Positions 1 through 8,326 of a stretch of DNA of 64,000 nucleotides are shown piece by piece. The DNA is taken from the NCBI GenBank assembly GCA_943354165.1, contig CALRBH010000005.1, positions 18-64,017 of the forward strand. Reading direction: 5' to 3'. A program made the position numbers and the translations under genes. The notes under the pieces were generated by a model. It had not been told where the DNA came from, ran no database searches, and was given only the letters and a program-made list of their open reading frames with translations. The DNA is from Candidatus Uhrbacteria bacterium RIFOXYB12_FULL_58_10 (lineage in GTDB: Bacteria > Patescibacteriota > Patescibacteriia > UBA9934 > GWF2-40-263). How positions within the stretch are numbered: the first letter of the stretch is position 1; the number at the start of each line of letters is the position of its first letter.

Positions 1-3000
1 TACACTCAATGGCGCCCGTATTCTTCTCGAGCGACTCGGTGTCGCGGAAGAAGTATGGGAGGCCGACGCGATGTTCCGTGGTGCGGTCGGTCGGATCGCG
101 GAACTCCGTACACTGGTCGAACTGTTGGGCGCACAGGCCGACGAATCCGCGGTAGGCGGCGTCGCCGTTGGTCGGCATCAGGAATTCATTTCCTCCGCGG
201 GCGCGCGGCGTATCGATGCCGAGCGTGAAGGCCAAGTCGTTGTTTACGTCCACGTATTCGCATGGTTCGTTCGTTCCCTTGCGGAACCAGCCGAAGAATC
301 GGCGGCTGCTGATGGAAACGTCCGTCTTGTACTCACAGTTCTGGCCAAGCGGGTTCTTGAAGTAGAAGTTGCCGTCCTTGGTGGACTTCCATTCGTCGCA
401 GAACAGCGCTTCGTGGCTGCAGAGCGTGTTCTTAAACACCTCATCGCCGTAAATGAGCGGATCAATGATGAGGAACTCGGAGTCAAACTTGGTGACCCGG
501 CTCTTATCGAGGTTGAACACTGGCACACCCACTTCCTCACACCCAACGGCTTCCGGAGAACACTGCCCTGCCCCGTTGTTCACAAGGAAGACAGGAACGT
601 CATTTGGAATCACGCGGGTTTCCGGACCGAGCTGGGCGGCGTTTTCTTCCGTGACGTTGCGAATGGTTCGGATCGCACCATCAAAGTCAAAGAGGCAGAA
701 CGTCTTACCTGGCTGGATGGTGCAGACGTTAGGGTTGGAGAGGTACCGGCAAGCCCCTACTGGACCGACGCAGCGCGCATTATGCGTTTCTCCGTATGGC
801 GAGGTGCTGTTGCGTTCATCGTAGAACGCCTCGCAGCCGACTTTCTGCTCCGAGCAGAGGCTGGTGAACTGGTAGAACGAGTGGCTCTGGCTGGCGCGGT
901 CCGTATAGCCCTCACAGCCGAGGAAGAACTGCGGGCTCGCGGCGCCGGTTGGCGTCTGGTCACAGGACGCTGGGACCACGAAGGAACCCTTGATGAGGGT
1001 GATGTTGTCCTCGACCTGCTTCAGGACAATGTTGTCGAGGAAGATGTCATCACTGCCGCTTGCATGAGCAAAGCGAAGGATCGCCGTGTCGGTAATCTCT
1101 GGAATCAACGATGCATCGAGCGGTCCTACCGAGTATGGAAGCCAGCCCTGCGTGAGCGTAACGGCTGGACCAAAGCTGCTTGCGATCCCGCTTCCATTGC
1201 TTGGAATAAGCGTTGCAGCGAGAGGTCCTGTCCCTTTTGCCCAGAACTCAAGGACAAAGGTCTTACCGGCCACCAGCTTCCCTTCGAAATCACCGTACGA
1301 CACGTTACCGAAACCCGTCACGCGCATCGAATGACCGCCTGCTGACACAGACTCATTGGAGACCGTTGGGGTTGCCCCACCGGCTCCGACCCATGGAGCG
1401 AAGGTACCGCTTTCAAACGATTCATTGATAACAGTCGTCGCGTTGCGCCCAGCGCCGCCGGTGTAAGAACGGCAACCGGATGCGGCAGCTGGACACTGCA
1501 CGCTTTCAGACGGGAGACCGAGATAGCGACAATCGCCGTTTGGCAAGGAGAATCCGCCCGTGGAGTTACAGTCCGCAGAAGTAGGCGCGGCGGTCTTACG
1601 ATACTGATTACAACCGACGTCCACGGTGACGGTCTTTGAGAAAAGACGATAATGAATCGCGCCGGCGCCATCGTAGAACTCACGACAATCTGGATTTGTA
1701 AAAATATCCGTGTGCTCATTACAGGAACTGTCTGCCGCGAGAACAGCGATGGAGTCGTTGCAGGTTCGTACTGTCTCGGAAAGCATCGATGAAGACGTAC
1801 ATGGAGCAGCTCCTGCGCTCGCATCGTTGGCTGGAGCTGGAATCGAAGGCTGGACTGCGTTGTTCGCTGGCTGCGTATAATCAATCACCGAGTTCGTGGT
1901 GAGATTAGACTTGAGCAACGTAAAACTCCGGAGCTGGAACCCTGACGTATCGGTTCCCTCCCAGGTGAAGAATGGCGCCTGTGTGCGATCAGCGGCGGCG
2001 GTTGCTACGGTAGATGCCTGTGCAGGATCCGGTAGCACGCACGCACGGAGGTCGGTATAGTGCTCAACGCTTTCTCCGCCGGCGCCAGGATTGAGATTGG
2101 TGAACGCGTCACATCCAACGAACTGCGCGTCACAAGACTGAGCCTTAGCGGGAATGAAGAACAATGGGAACTTGGAACCTTCATACTTGGTGGGTTCCTG
2201 CTTGAATGCCGCGTAACCGACGCATTCGCCTGGACACTGGTCTACGGCGGACGCGACGGCTGGGACGGATGGATCGCCGTCTTCCGGCGTGTAGAGCTCG
2301 CAGCCGACTTCCTGAGCCGAACAGACCTCTGCGTATTCATCACACTGCGCCGGATCCGTTGGGAGGCCCTTGCAGTTGAGATAAGCCGGAGGAACCTTGA
2401 GGGCAACGCTCTGCGCATTCGCATCGCTATATCCATTGGCAAAATCTGTGGCGCTTTCGCCGCGTTCGAGCTGGATCGCATCGACGAGAGAAGTTCCCGC
2501 AATGCGAATTTCCGCGAGGAGCGAGGTGGCACCGGTCGTGAACGTACATGAAGATCGAACGTATGCAGACGCGTTTGCTGTTGCCGGAGTTACGGAAACC
2601 GTATTTCCCGTGATGGTACATCCGCGTGCGTTTGTCCCGGCGATATTTGCCGCCGCACTTCCTCCGGCGAGCGTAGAGAGAACAATGCTTGCAGTTGGAA
2701 CGGTTGCGCCCTTGGATTCAAAGCTGAAGGTATAGAAGGATCCAGCGGAAAGCTCAATGTCCTTCTGAGAAATTGTGTCTATGGTGAGGTCTACGGCATT
2801 CCCGCCCTCTGCCGGATCAACCGATGGAGCTGGCAAGCCAGAGAACGTCCATCCCGCAAGCAACCCGCCTTCTTCATTTGGCGCCTCAAATCCAGGGTTG
2901 CGCACCTGGTTGAGCGTAACACCGGCCGCGCGCGTAAGTTCACCGCAGCCGACCTGGCTGCCGTCGCATTGCTTCACGTCCTTATTGAAATAGACGCGAT

Positions 3001-5041
3001 CTTCCGTGGCGTAAAGTCCTTCTTGCGTATTTGCGGCGGAACGAACGGCAAAAGTTTGAATCGCCGCATCATGCGCAGGAACGTTGTATGTGGCGCCCGT
3101 TGGCAGGAACGAGAAGGTGTCGTCTGTGGTGACAAGTGTTCCCTTTCCATCAAAGTATTTATTCACGCGGTACCAACGGCAACCGGCGTTCCCCTGGTTA
3201 CAGACGGAAAAATCTACCGTGTTCGCGAGGAAGGCAGTGCGCTCGTTATCGATGGTGTTGGTATAGGCAAGACAGCTTGCAAACTGTTCCGGACACTCTT
3301 CCCCGCGGAAGCGCCAGATGTTCTTTTCGCGCACGCAGTAGCCGAACCCGCCTGTACAGTTCCCCTTGCTGTCTTCCGAGAGACAGGAAAGCGTATCTGC
3401 ACAGTATGTGTTGCGCGCCCCTGAGGCTGAAGAAATCGGCACCTCGCCGTTCACAAAGGACTTACACTGTGTTTCCGGATATTTTAAAATCCAGTTTGGA
3501 TCGATGAGGTGGCAAAACGGATTCCCTCCTCCGCAATCGTTATACGAATCAACGATCTCTTTGAGGGTCTTAGGCGGATCAAACGACGCGTTGATGGTAG
3601 CAGCAATCTCCCAACCGACAGGAATAATGCGGGCCTTGCGCAGTTTCACAAGGTTGCCATAACAGAAGGCTGACGTATAACAGAACGGATCCTGATTTTT
3701 GGCTTTGTTCGTTGCTGGAAAAAGAGGCCAACTACCGTTCAATAAGCCTTCCTCTCCAGACATAGCATCGCGCACCGTGAGCGCGATCCCGGCGTCTGAG
3801 CGTGTGACGGCCGCGGCGAAATTCGGATCCATCACGCAGTTGTTGATGTTACGCGGGATGGTTCCTCCGGCCGGACACACCACAAACTCCGCCAGCAGGT
3901 TGTAGTTGGAGACGGAGATGGGGTTTGCTGTGATGAGCGACCTAAATTGCTCCTGGGCGGCTTCTCGGCCACCATTTGAAAGTGCTTCGATGTCAAACGG
4001 ATTGTCTCCCCCCACAAGCGGAGCCATCCCCTTTGAGATGCGGTCGATGGTGGTGGAGAGCAAGGTGTTCGTAAACGTAGACGCGACGTGTCCGAACAAT
4101 CCCCAGATGAGGTCGGCGTTATTGATGGCGTTCAGGATTTGGAGGTCTGCCGGCTTATCAGGATCTTCCAGTTGTGACTTTTTCACCTCAGCCTCAAGAA
4201 ACGAAGCTGGTGTCTGTACCTTGCCCGTAACCGTGTCTACAACATTCTTATACCCATTGTTAGCCAACTGTTCTTGAATATTGATCTGGCGTTTCTGGTT
4301 AGCCTGTTCCTGCGTCAAGAACGAGATGCTTATGGAAGCGGAAAGTTCGTTCCGTCCCGGAGACAATCCCGCTGAAAATCCTTTTAAAACCGCGCCGACC
4401 GGGTCCTGTGCCGTCGCCGATGTTGTCGCGATAAAACTCTCCCAGTTTTTTATGGTGGAATCAAAATCACATTTTGGCTTTCCTGGCTTGTACGCCTGCG
4501 CGATACCCAACTGAAGGGCGAGCTTAAACTCCGGCAACACGGGAGAACAGATATCAAACTTGATATCGAGTCCAGTGCTGATGACTTCCCCAAGCTGACC
4601 GATCGTCTCTCCGGCCACGTCCTTTCCAAACTTTGTCCAGGCATCCTCTGCGGTATCCGCGTACAAAAGAGGTGTTTGTCCCTTCCCTCCGGAAGCGATA
4701 AACACGGCGGATTCGTACGCAAGTCGATCCGTGACGAAGGTCAAGATGTTCAAAAGCCCGGTGACCAAGGCGATCTGCATGAGAGGGCTTACTACCAAAG
4801 TATCCACAGCGTGTGTGGCCGCTGCTGCACCTTTTGGTGGGTTTGGTGCCACCCCAGGAATCGCTCCACTCGCCGTTTCTAATGTAGCTTCAAGACCCCC
4901 GGAAACCGGGCTTGAAGGACCAGATGCTGCCAACGTCGGCCTCGGCATCAACAAAGCCGTAACCAGACCTCCCCCCACAAGCCCAACGACGGCGAGGGAA
5001 AGGAGAAATGCAGAAATGGACTGGCGGACCTTGAGCGACAT
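1..5041 (-). CDS. Giant cysteine-rich secreted/cell-surface protein, partial (C-terminus beyond window start). It has an N-terminal signal/TM segment, many Cys pairs and two CBM4_9-like beta-sandwich modules with GFE..GW motifs. More than 1,680 aa fall within the window.
   Basis: The reverse-complement frame starting at the ATG at 5041..5039 reads without any stop down to position 1. No long ORF is reported in the track for 1..5040, which fits a stop-less ORF running off the edge. The N-terminus MSLKVRQSISAFLLSLAVVGLVGG is hydrophobic, and the codon bias matches neighbouring genes. Confidence 0.75.
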   Translation of the reverse strand, partial: MSLKVRQSISAFLLSLAVVGLVGGGLVTALLMPRPTLAASGPSSPVSGGLEATLETASGAIPGVAPNPPKGAAAATHAVDTLVVSPLMQIALVTGLLNILTFVTDRLAYESAVFIASGGKGQTPLLYADTAEDAWTKFGKDVAGETIGQLGEVISTGLDIKFDICSPVLPEFKLALQLGIAQAYKPGKPKCDFDSTIKNWESFIATTSATAQDPVGAVLKGFSAGLSPGRNELSASISISFLTQEQANQKRQINIQEQLANNGYKNVVDTVTGKVQTPASFLEAEVKKSQLEDPDKPADLQILNAINNADLIWGLFGHVASTFTNTLLSTTIDRISKGMAPLVGGDNPFDIEALSNGGREAAQEQFRSLITANPISVSNYNLLAEFVVCPAGGTIPRNINNCVMDPNFAAAVTRSDAGIALTVRDAMSGEEGLLNGSWPLFPATNKAKNQDPFCYTSAFCYGNLVKLRKARIIPVGWEIAATINASFDPPKTLKEIVDSYNDCGGGNPFCHLIDPNWILKYPETQCKSFVNGEVPISSASGARNTYCADTLSCLSEDSKGNCTGGFGYCVREKNIWRFRGEECPEQFASCLAYTNTIDNERTAFLANTVDFSVCNQGNAGCRWYRVNKYFDGKGTLVTTDDTFSFLPTGATYNVPAHDAAIQTFAVRSAANTQEGLYATEDRVYFNKDVKQCDGSQVGCGELTRAAGVTLNQVRNPGFEAPNEEGGLLAGWTFSGLPAPSVDPAEGGNAVDLTIDTISQKDIELSAGSFYTFSFESKGATVPTASIVLSTLAGGSAAANIAGTNARGCTITGNTVSVTPATANASAYVRSSCTFTTGATSLLAEIRIAGTSLVDAIQLERGESATDFANGYSDANAQSVALKVPPAYLNCKGLPTDPAQCDEYAEVCSAQEVGCELYTPEDGDPSVPAVASAVDQCPGECVGYAAFKQEPTKYEGSKFPLFFIPAKAQSCDAQFVGCDAFTNLNPGAGGESVEHYTDLRACVLPDPAQASTVATAAADRTQAPFFTWEGTDTSGFQLRSFTLLKSNLTTNSVIDYTQPANNAVQPSIPAPANDASAGAAPCTSSSMLSETVRTCNDSIAVLAADSSCNEHTDIFTNPDCREFYDGAGAIHYRLFSKTVTVDVGCNQYRKTAAPTSADCNSTGGFSLPNGDCRYLGLPSESVQCPAAASGCRSYTGGAGRNATTVINESFESGTFAPWVGAGGATPTVSNESVSAGGHSMRVTGFGNVSYGDFEGKLVAGKTFVLEFWAKGTGPLAATLIPSNGSGIASSFGPAVTLTQGWLPYSVGPLDASLIPEITDTAILRFAHASGSDDIFLDNIVLKQVEDNITLIKGSFVVPASCDQTPTGAASPQFFLGCEGYTDRASQSHSFYQFTSLCSEQKVGCEAFYDERNSTSPYGETHNARCVGPVGACRYLSNPNVCTIQPGKTFCLFDFDGAIRTIRNVTEENAAQLGPETRVIPNDVPVFLVNNGAGQCSPEAVGCEEVGVPVFNLDKSRVTKFDSEFLIIDPLIYGDEVFKNTLCSHEALFCDEWKSTKDGNFYFKNPLGQNCEYKTDVSISSRRFFGWFRKGTNEPCEYVDVNNDLAFTLGIDTPRARGGNEFLMPTNGDAAYRGFVGLCAQQFDQCTEFRDPTDRTTEHRVGLPYFFRDTESLEKNTGAIEC

Positions 5042-5044
5042 ACG

Positions 5045-5671
5045 CTACGGCGTTGGGGTTTGAGTATCTACGGTCTGTTGAAAGGCTTCTCGGAACATCG
5101 TTTTCAACTCCTCATCTGTAAGGGTGTCGAGTTTTTCCTTGGGGACTCCGGCCTGCACAAGCATGGCCTTGAGCTGTTCTGGCGGCAGGTCCAGGAAGAT
5201 GTCCTTATACCCTTCCGCACTCTGGTAGTCGGCCGGAGCGTCTGGTTCTGTTGGCGGTGTTGCATTCACGGCGGCAGAAGGGCTTGCGGCCTCTTCCCCG
5301 CGTCCGCAATCTTTCCCTACCGGACAGTTTGGATCATTCCCGGAATACGTTTCCGTGCGGTCATCGAACCCATCTGAGTCAGAGTCGGCGAGGTAGGGGC
5401 TGGTCTTGAAGACGTAGAGCTCGTCGTAATCCACGAGACCGTCTCCGTCCGTGTCACGGGTCTTCATCGCCTCCTTGTCCGCGTCTTCCTTTTGCGAAGG
5501 GGTCAGGAATCGGTCCGCACTGAAGCGGGCGATCTGTGCATCGATCGGCGCACGGATGGAACTTCCAAACGCGTGGAACCCAAGGAACAGTCCCGCAATT
5601 CCCAAAACAATAATCAGAACAAAAGCCGCCTTTTGTTCCCGAGAAAGTTGCGTTCGGGGACGGACATCCAT
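5045..5671 (-). CDS. Membrane-anchored protein with thrombospondin type-3-like calcium-binding repeats (DTDGDGLVDYDE and DSDSDGFDD...NDPNCP)
   Basis: The 208-aa ORF has an N-terminal TM helix (AAFVLIIVLGIAGLFLGF) and two TSP3/OmpA-like Asp-rich motifs. Its stop lies 4 nt upstream of the giant gene start on the same strand. Confidence 0.7.
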   Translation of the reverse strand: MDVRPRTQLSREQKAAFVLIIVLGIAGLFLGFHAFGSSIRAPIDAQIARFSADRFLTPSQKEDADKEAMKTRDTDGDGLVDYDELYVFKTSPYLADSDSDGFDDRTETYSGNDPNCPVGKDCGRGEEAASPSAAVNATPPTEPDAPADYQSAEGYKDIFLDLPPEQLKAMLVQAGVPKEKLDTLTDEELKTMFREAFQQTVDTQTPTP

Positions 5672-5700
5672 AGGTACACAGGAAGTATACCAAAGGACGG

Positions 5701-5780
5701 AGTTAGTAGTAAGTAGATAGTAGTTAGTAGAGCTGACGGTGGAAACCCTACTACCTACTTACTACTATCTACTAACTAAG
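5701..5780. repeat. TAGTAG-family stop-codon-rich hairpin, copy T1 (arms of TTAGTAG/TAGATAG units, 17-nt loop)
   Basis: The left arm agttagtagtaagtagatagtagttagtag pairs with the right arm ctactacctacttactactatctactaactaag. Related copies occur at 8250..8326 and 34899..34997, with a half copy at 46400..46432. Confidence 0.85.
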
Positions 5781-6535
5781 ATCCCATGCAACCGCTTCCA
5801 CTGCTCGATCGAGACAATCTCCGCGCGGACGCGGGCGTCCAATCCGACGGCTTCTATGGCCGATTTTACGATGGCAGGTTCTCCATACCCTGCAGCCGTG
5901 AGGTTTCCGTGCATTTGTTTACGAGGATGGGAAAAACCAGCCTTTGCAAGCTTAATAATCGCTTCCATATCCCCGCCAGGAGGATATAAATCGAACCGCA
6001 CGATGGCTGAATCAACTTTTGGCACTGGCCGAAACACTTCGCGGGAGACGTTGAACACTTTTTTCACCTTTGCGTAGACCTGACAGGCCACCGCGAGCAG
6101 GCTCATGTTCGGCGACTCGGCGGTAATCCGGTCCGCCACTTCCCTCTGCACCATGAGGGTCATGCTCGTTGGGTACGGCTCGGTGGTCAGAAAACATTCG
6201 ATGATGGGAGAGGTGATGTTGTACGGAATGTTCGCGACGAGTTTGTATGGAGCGACCGGAAGAAGCGAGGCTGGCGTATTCAGCGCATCGCCTTCAATGA
6301 GGTTCAGCTTGTCGCCAAAGATTTCTTTGAGCGGTTCGATAAGGTCGTGGTCGGCTTCAATGGCGGTCACGATCGCTCCGGCTTCGATGAGCGCGTCAGT
6401 GAGGACGCCGGTGCCAGGGCCGATCTCAAGAACTCGGTCGCCGGGTTTTACCTCGGCGGCTTTGATGATGCGTTTCACGATGTTTTGGTCGGCGAGGAAG
6501 TTTTGACCAAAGGATTTCTTGGCGCGGGGAAGCAT
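5765..6535 (-). CDS. ksgA: 16S rRNA (adenine1518-N6/adenine1519-N6)-dimethyltransferase RsmA/KsgA
   Basis: The protein reads MLPRAKKSFGQNFLADQNIVKRII...LEIGPGTGVLTDAL...NIPYNITSP. The start is the internal ATG at 6535; the longer ORF up to 7204 is a frame artefact overlapping tsaC. The stop TAG lies within the T1 hairpin arm. Confidence 0.9.
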   Translation of the reverse strand: MLPRAKKSFGQNFLADQNIVKRIIKAAEVKPGDRVLEIGPGTGVLTDALIEAGAIVTAIEADHDLIEPLKEIFGDKLNLIEGDALNTPASLLPVAPYKLVANIPYNITSPIIECFLTTEPYPTSMTLMVQREVADRITAESPNMSLLAVACQVYAKVKKVFNVSREVFRPVPKVDSAIVRFDLYPPGGDMEAIIKLAKAGFSHPRKQMHGNLTAAGYGEPAIVKSAIEAVGLDARVRAEIVSIEQWKRLHGILVSR

Positions 6536-6544
6536 ACGAAATAT

Positions 6545-6614
6545 ATTGCCTGAGCTTGTCGAAGGCCACGCCGCGACCCTTCGACTTCGGCTGAGGCCTC
6601 CGCTCAGGGAATAA
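6545..6614. repeat. 70-bp palindromic intergenic element, copy A1 (stem gcctgagcttgtcgaagg / ccttcgacttcggctgaggc)
   Basis: Near-identical to 7206..7274. An 18-bp inverted repeat flanks an 11-nt loop, followed by ctccgctcagggaataa. It supplies the TGA stop and the last residues (..IP) of tsaC. Confidence 0.85.
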
Positions 6615-7197
6615 ATAGTGAGCCCTGTCTTAATACTACTAATTTCCCTTCTGAAAAAGCGATAATCGTTGAGGGTTTTCGCTTTGGGAGGCTGCCGGCG
6701 TCGATCAGGGCGTCTGGCTGGATCTTCGCATCTTTGAAGGCTTTTTGCACGGCTCGGGCGCTGTAACAGGCGGGTTCGCCGGATTGATTCGCGGAGGTGG
6801 AGACGATCGGGGCCGCGAGCGCTTTCGAGAGAGCCTGGGCGATAGGATGAGCAGAAACACGTAACGCGATCGTTCCGTCGGCTGCGACGACTTGAGGCGC
6901 GAGCTTCGCCTTCGATTGTTTTGGAAGCACCATCGTAAACGGACCTGGCCAGTGTGCGCGAGCTAACTTCGACGCTTCGATGGGAAAGGTCGCCCACTTC
7001 TTCGCCATCGCCGTCGTCGAGACGATCAACGGGACGGTTTTTTCCGGAGCGCGGCCTTTGATCGAAAAAACTTTCTCGACCGCCGACGCATTTCGGGCGT
7101 CCGCGGCGAGTCCATAACTCGTCTCGGTCGGGAATACGACAACTCCGCCCTCTCGAAGGATGCGGATCGCCTCTTTTGTCGAAACGACAGGAATCAT
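6604..7197 (-). CDS. tsaC: L-threonylcarbamoyladenylate synthase (TsaC/YrdC/Sua5 family)
   Basis: The 197-aa protein carries YrdC-like motifs (VVFPTETSYGLAADA, PIVSTSANQSGEP). Confidence 0.85.
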   Translation of the reverse strand: MIPVVSTKEAIRILREGGVVVFPTETSYGLAADARNASAVEKVFSIKGRAPEKTVPLIVSTTAMAKKWATFPIEASKLARAHWPGPFTMVLPKQSKAKLAPQVVAADGTIALRVSAHPIAQALSKALAAPIVSTSANQSGEPACYSARAVQKAFKDAKIQPDALIDAGSLPKRKPSTIIAFSEGKLVVLRQGSLFIP

Positions 7198-7205
7198 AAA
7201 CCATT

Positions 7206-7274
7206 ATTGCCTGAGCTCGTCGAAGGCTCGCAGCGCCCCTTCGACTGCGGCTGAGGCCTCCGCTCAGGGAATAA
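7206..7274. repeat. 70-bp palindromic intergenic element, copy A2
   Basis: About 90% identical to copy A1, with the same hairpin. It supplies the TGA stop and the C-terminal ..LIP of the epimerase gene. Confidence 0.85.
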
Positions 7275-8247
7275 GAGATTTCAATGTCTTTCGGAGCCCC
7301 TCCTCAAGACTCATTTCTGCTTTCCACCCAAGTTCCTTCATGGCCTTCTTGGAGACCAAGGCACTACGGCGAACTTCACCTGCTTTCGCCGGACCAAACT
7401 GCATCGTGCTGCCACGTACAGCTCGTACCTCCCCTGACCCCTCCTTCGTAAGGAGGGGGGCTGAGGCCGCGGTGAGTCGATTCATCATTTTGAAAAGTTT
7501 CAACACGCTTGTCTCCTGTCCTGTGCCGATGTGATAGATCCCGTGAGCATTCTTGCCCATCGCAAGGACGTTGGCGCGCACGACATCGCCGACGTAGACG
7601 AAATCGCGCGTCTGCTTGCCGTCGCCATTGATGATGATGTCCTCATTCGCAAGCAAATGGCTGCCGAACAGTGCCACCACACCCGCTTCGCCTTTTGTAT
7701 TCTGACGCGGGCCGTACACATTCGCGTAGCGCAAAGAAACCGTGTCGATGCCGTACGTCGATGAGGCAAATTCGAGGTACATCTCCCCTGCCCGCTTGGA
7801 AATTCCGTAGGGGGAGACTGGTTCGGCTGGCTGGGACTCGCTATAGGGCGGACGGACACGATCAGAAAACATCGCCCCACCTGATGAGGAGAAAACGATC
7901 TTCTTCACACCGGCTTCGGCCGCGTGCTGAATGAGCGCGAGTGTGCCGAGCACGTTTACTTTGGCATCCGTGACAGGATCGACGACCGACGAACGAACAT
8001 TCACCTGCGCAGCCGTGTGGAAAACAATGTCAGGCTGAATCTTTTTAAGCAGTGCCGGAAACGCCGGGCTGGTAATCGACATTTTGACGAACTCCGCATT
8101 CGGATTCACGTTTTTCTTGTCCCCGGTCGTCAGGTCATCGATGACATACGTCTTAATCCGGCGCTTGATGAGAGCGTCGGCAATATGGGAGCCGATGAAT
8201 CCGGCTCCGCCGGTGACGAGGGCGCGTTTGTAGGGCATAAGGCTCAT
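7264..8247 (-). CDS. NAD-dependent epimerase/dehydratase (UDP-glucose 4-epimerase-like, SDR family)
   Basis: The protein has TGGAGFIGSH, a YxxxK site (YGISK) and NVYGPRQ. Its C-terminal region contains the in-frame P-family repeat at 7438..7460. Confidence 0.85.
   Translation of the reverse strand: MSLMPYKRALVTGGAGFIGSHIADALIKRRIKTYVIDDLTTGDKKNVNPNAEFVKMSITSPAFPALLKKIQPDIVFHTAAQVNVRSSVVDPVTDAKVNVLGTLALIQHAAEAGVKKIVFSSSGGAMFSDRVRPPYSESQPAEPVSPYGISKRAGEMYLEFASSTYGIDTVSLRYANVYGPRQNTKGEAGVVALFGSHLLANEDIIINGDGKQTRDFVYVGDVVRANVLAMGKNAHGIYHIGTGQETSVLKLFKMMNRLTAASAPLLTKEGSGEVRAVRGSTMQFGPAKAGEVRRSALVSKKAMKELGWKAEMSLEEGLRKTLKSLIP
7438..7460. repeat. CCCCTCCTTCG-TAAGGAGGGG hairpin (P family) embedded in-frame in the epimerase CDS
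   Basis: The same hairpin core occurs at 12599..12620 (in-frame in the O-antigen ligase) and at 25231..25252 (intergenic). Here it encodes ..PLLTKEG.. Confidence 0.75.
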
Positions 8248-8249
8248 GA

Positions 8250-8326
8250 GTTAGTAGTAAGTAGATAGTAGTTAGTAGGGTTGAATGACGGAAAACTACT
8301 ATCTACTTACTACTATCTACTATCTA
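8250..8326. repeat. TAGTAG-family hairpin, copy T2
   Basis: The arm gttagtagtaagtagatagtagttagtag pairs with ctactatctacttactactatctactatcta. It lies between the epimerase start and the prfB stop and provides the prfB TAG stop. Confidence 0.85.

Noticed and set aside
71-1345. A 424-aa plus-strand ORF and other 60-190-aa ORFs across 1..5040
   Set aside because: They are antisense or off-frame to the stop-free minus-strand giant gene. High GC produces long spurious open frames, and none has a recognisable family.
5765-7204. A 479-aa minus ORF spanning ksgA plus an upstream extension
   Set aside because: The N-terminal 223 residues are low-complexity Arg-rich junk overlapping tsaC in another frame. 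KsgA homology starts at the internal Met at 6535.
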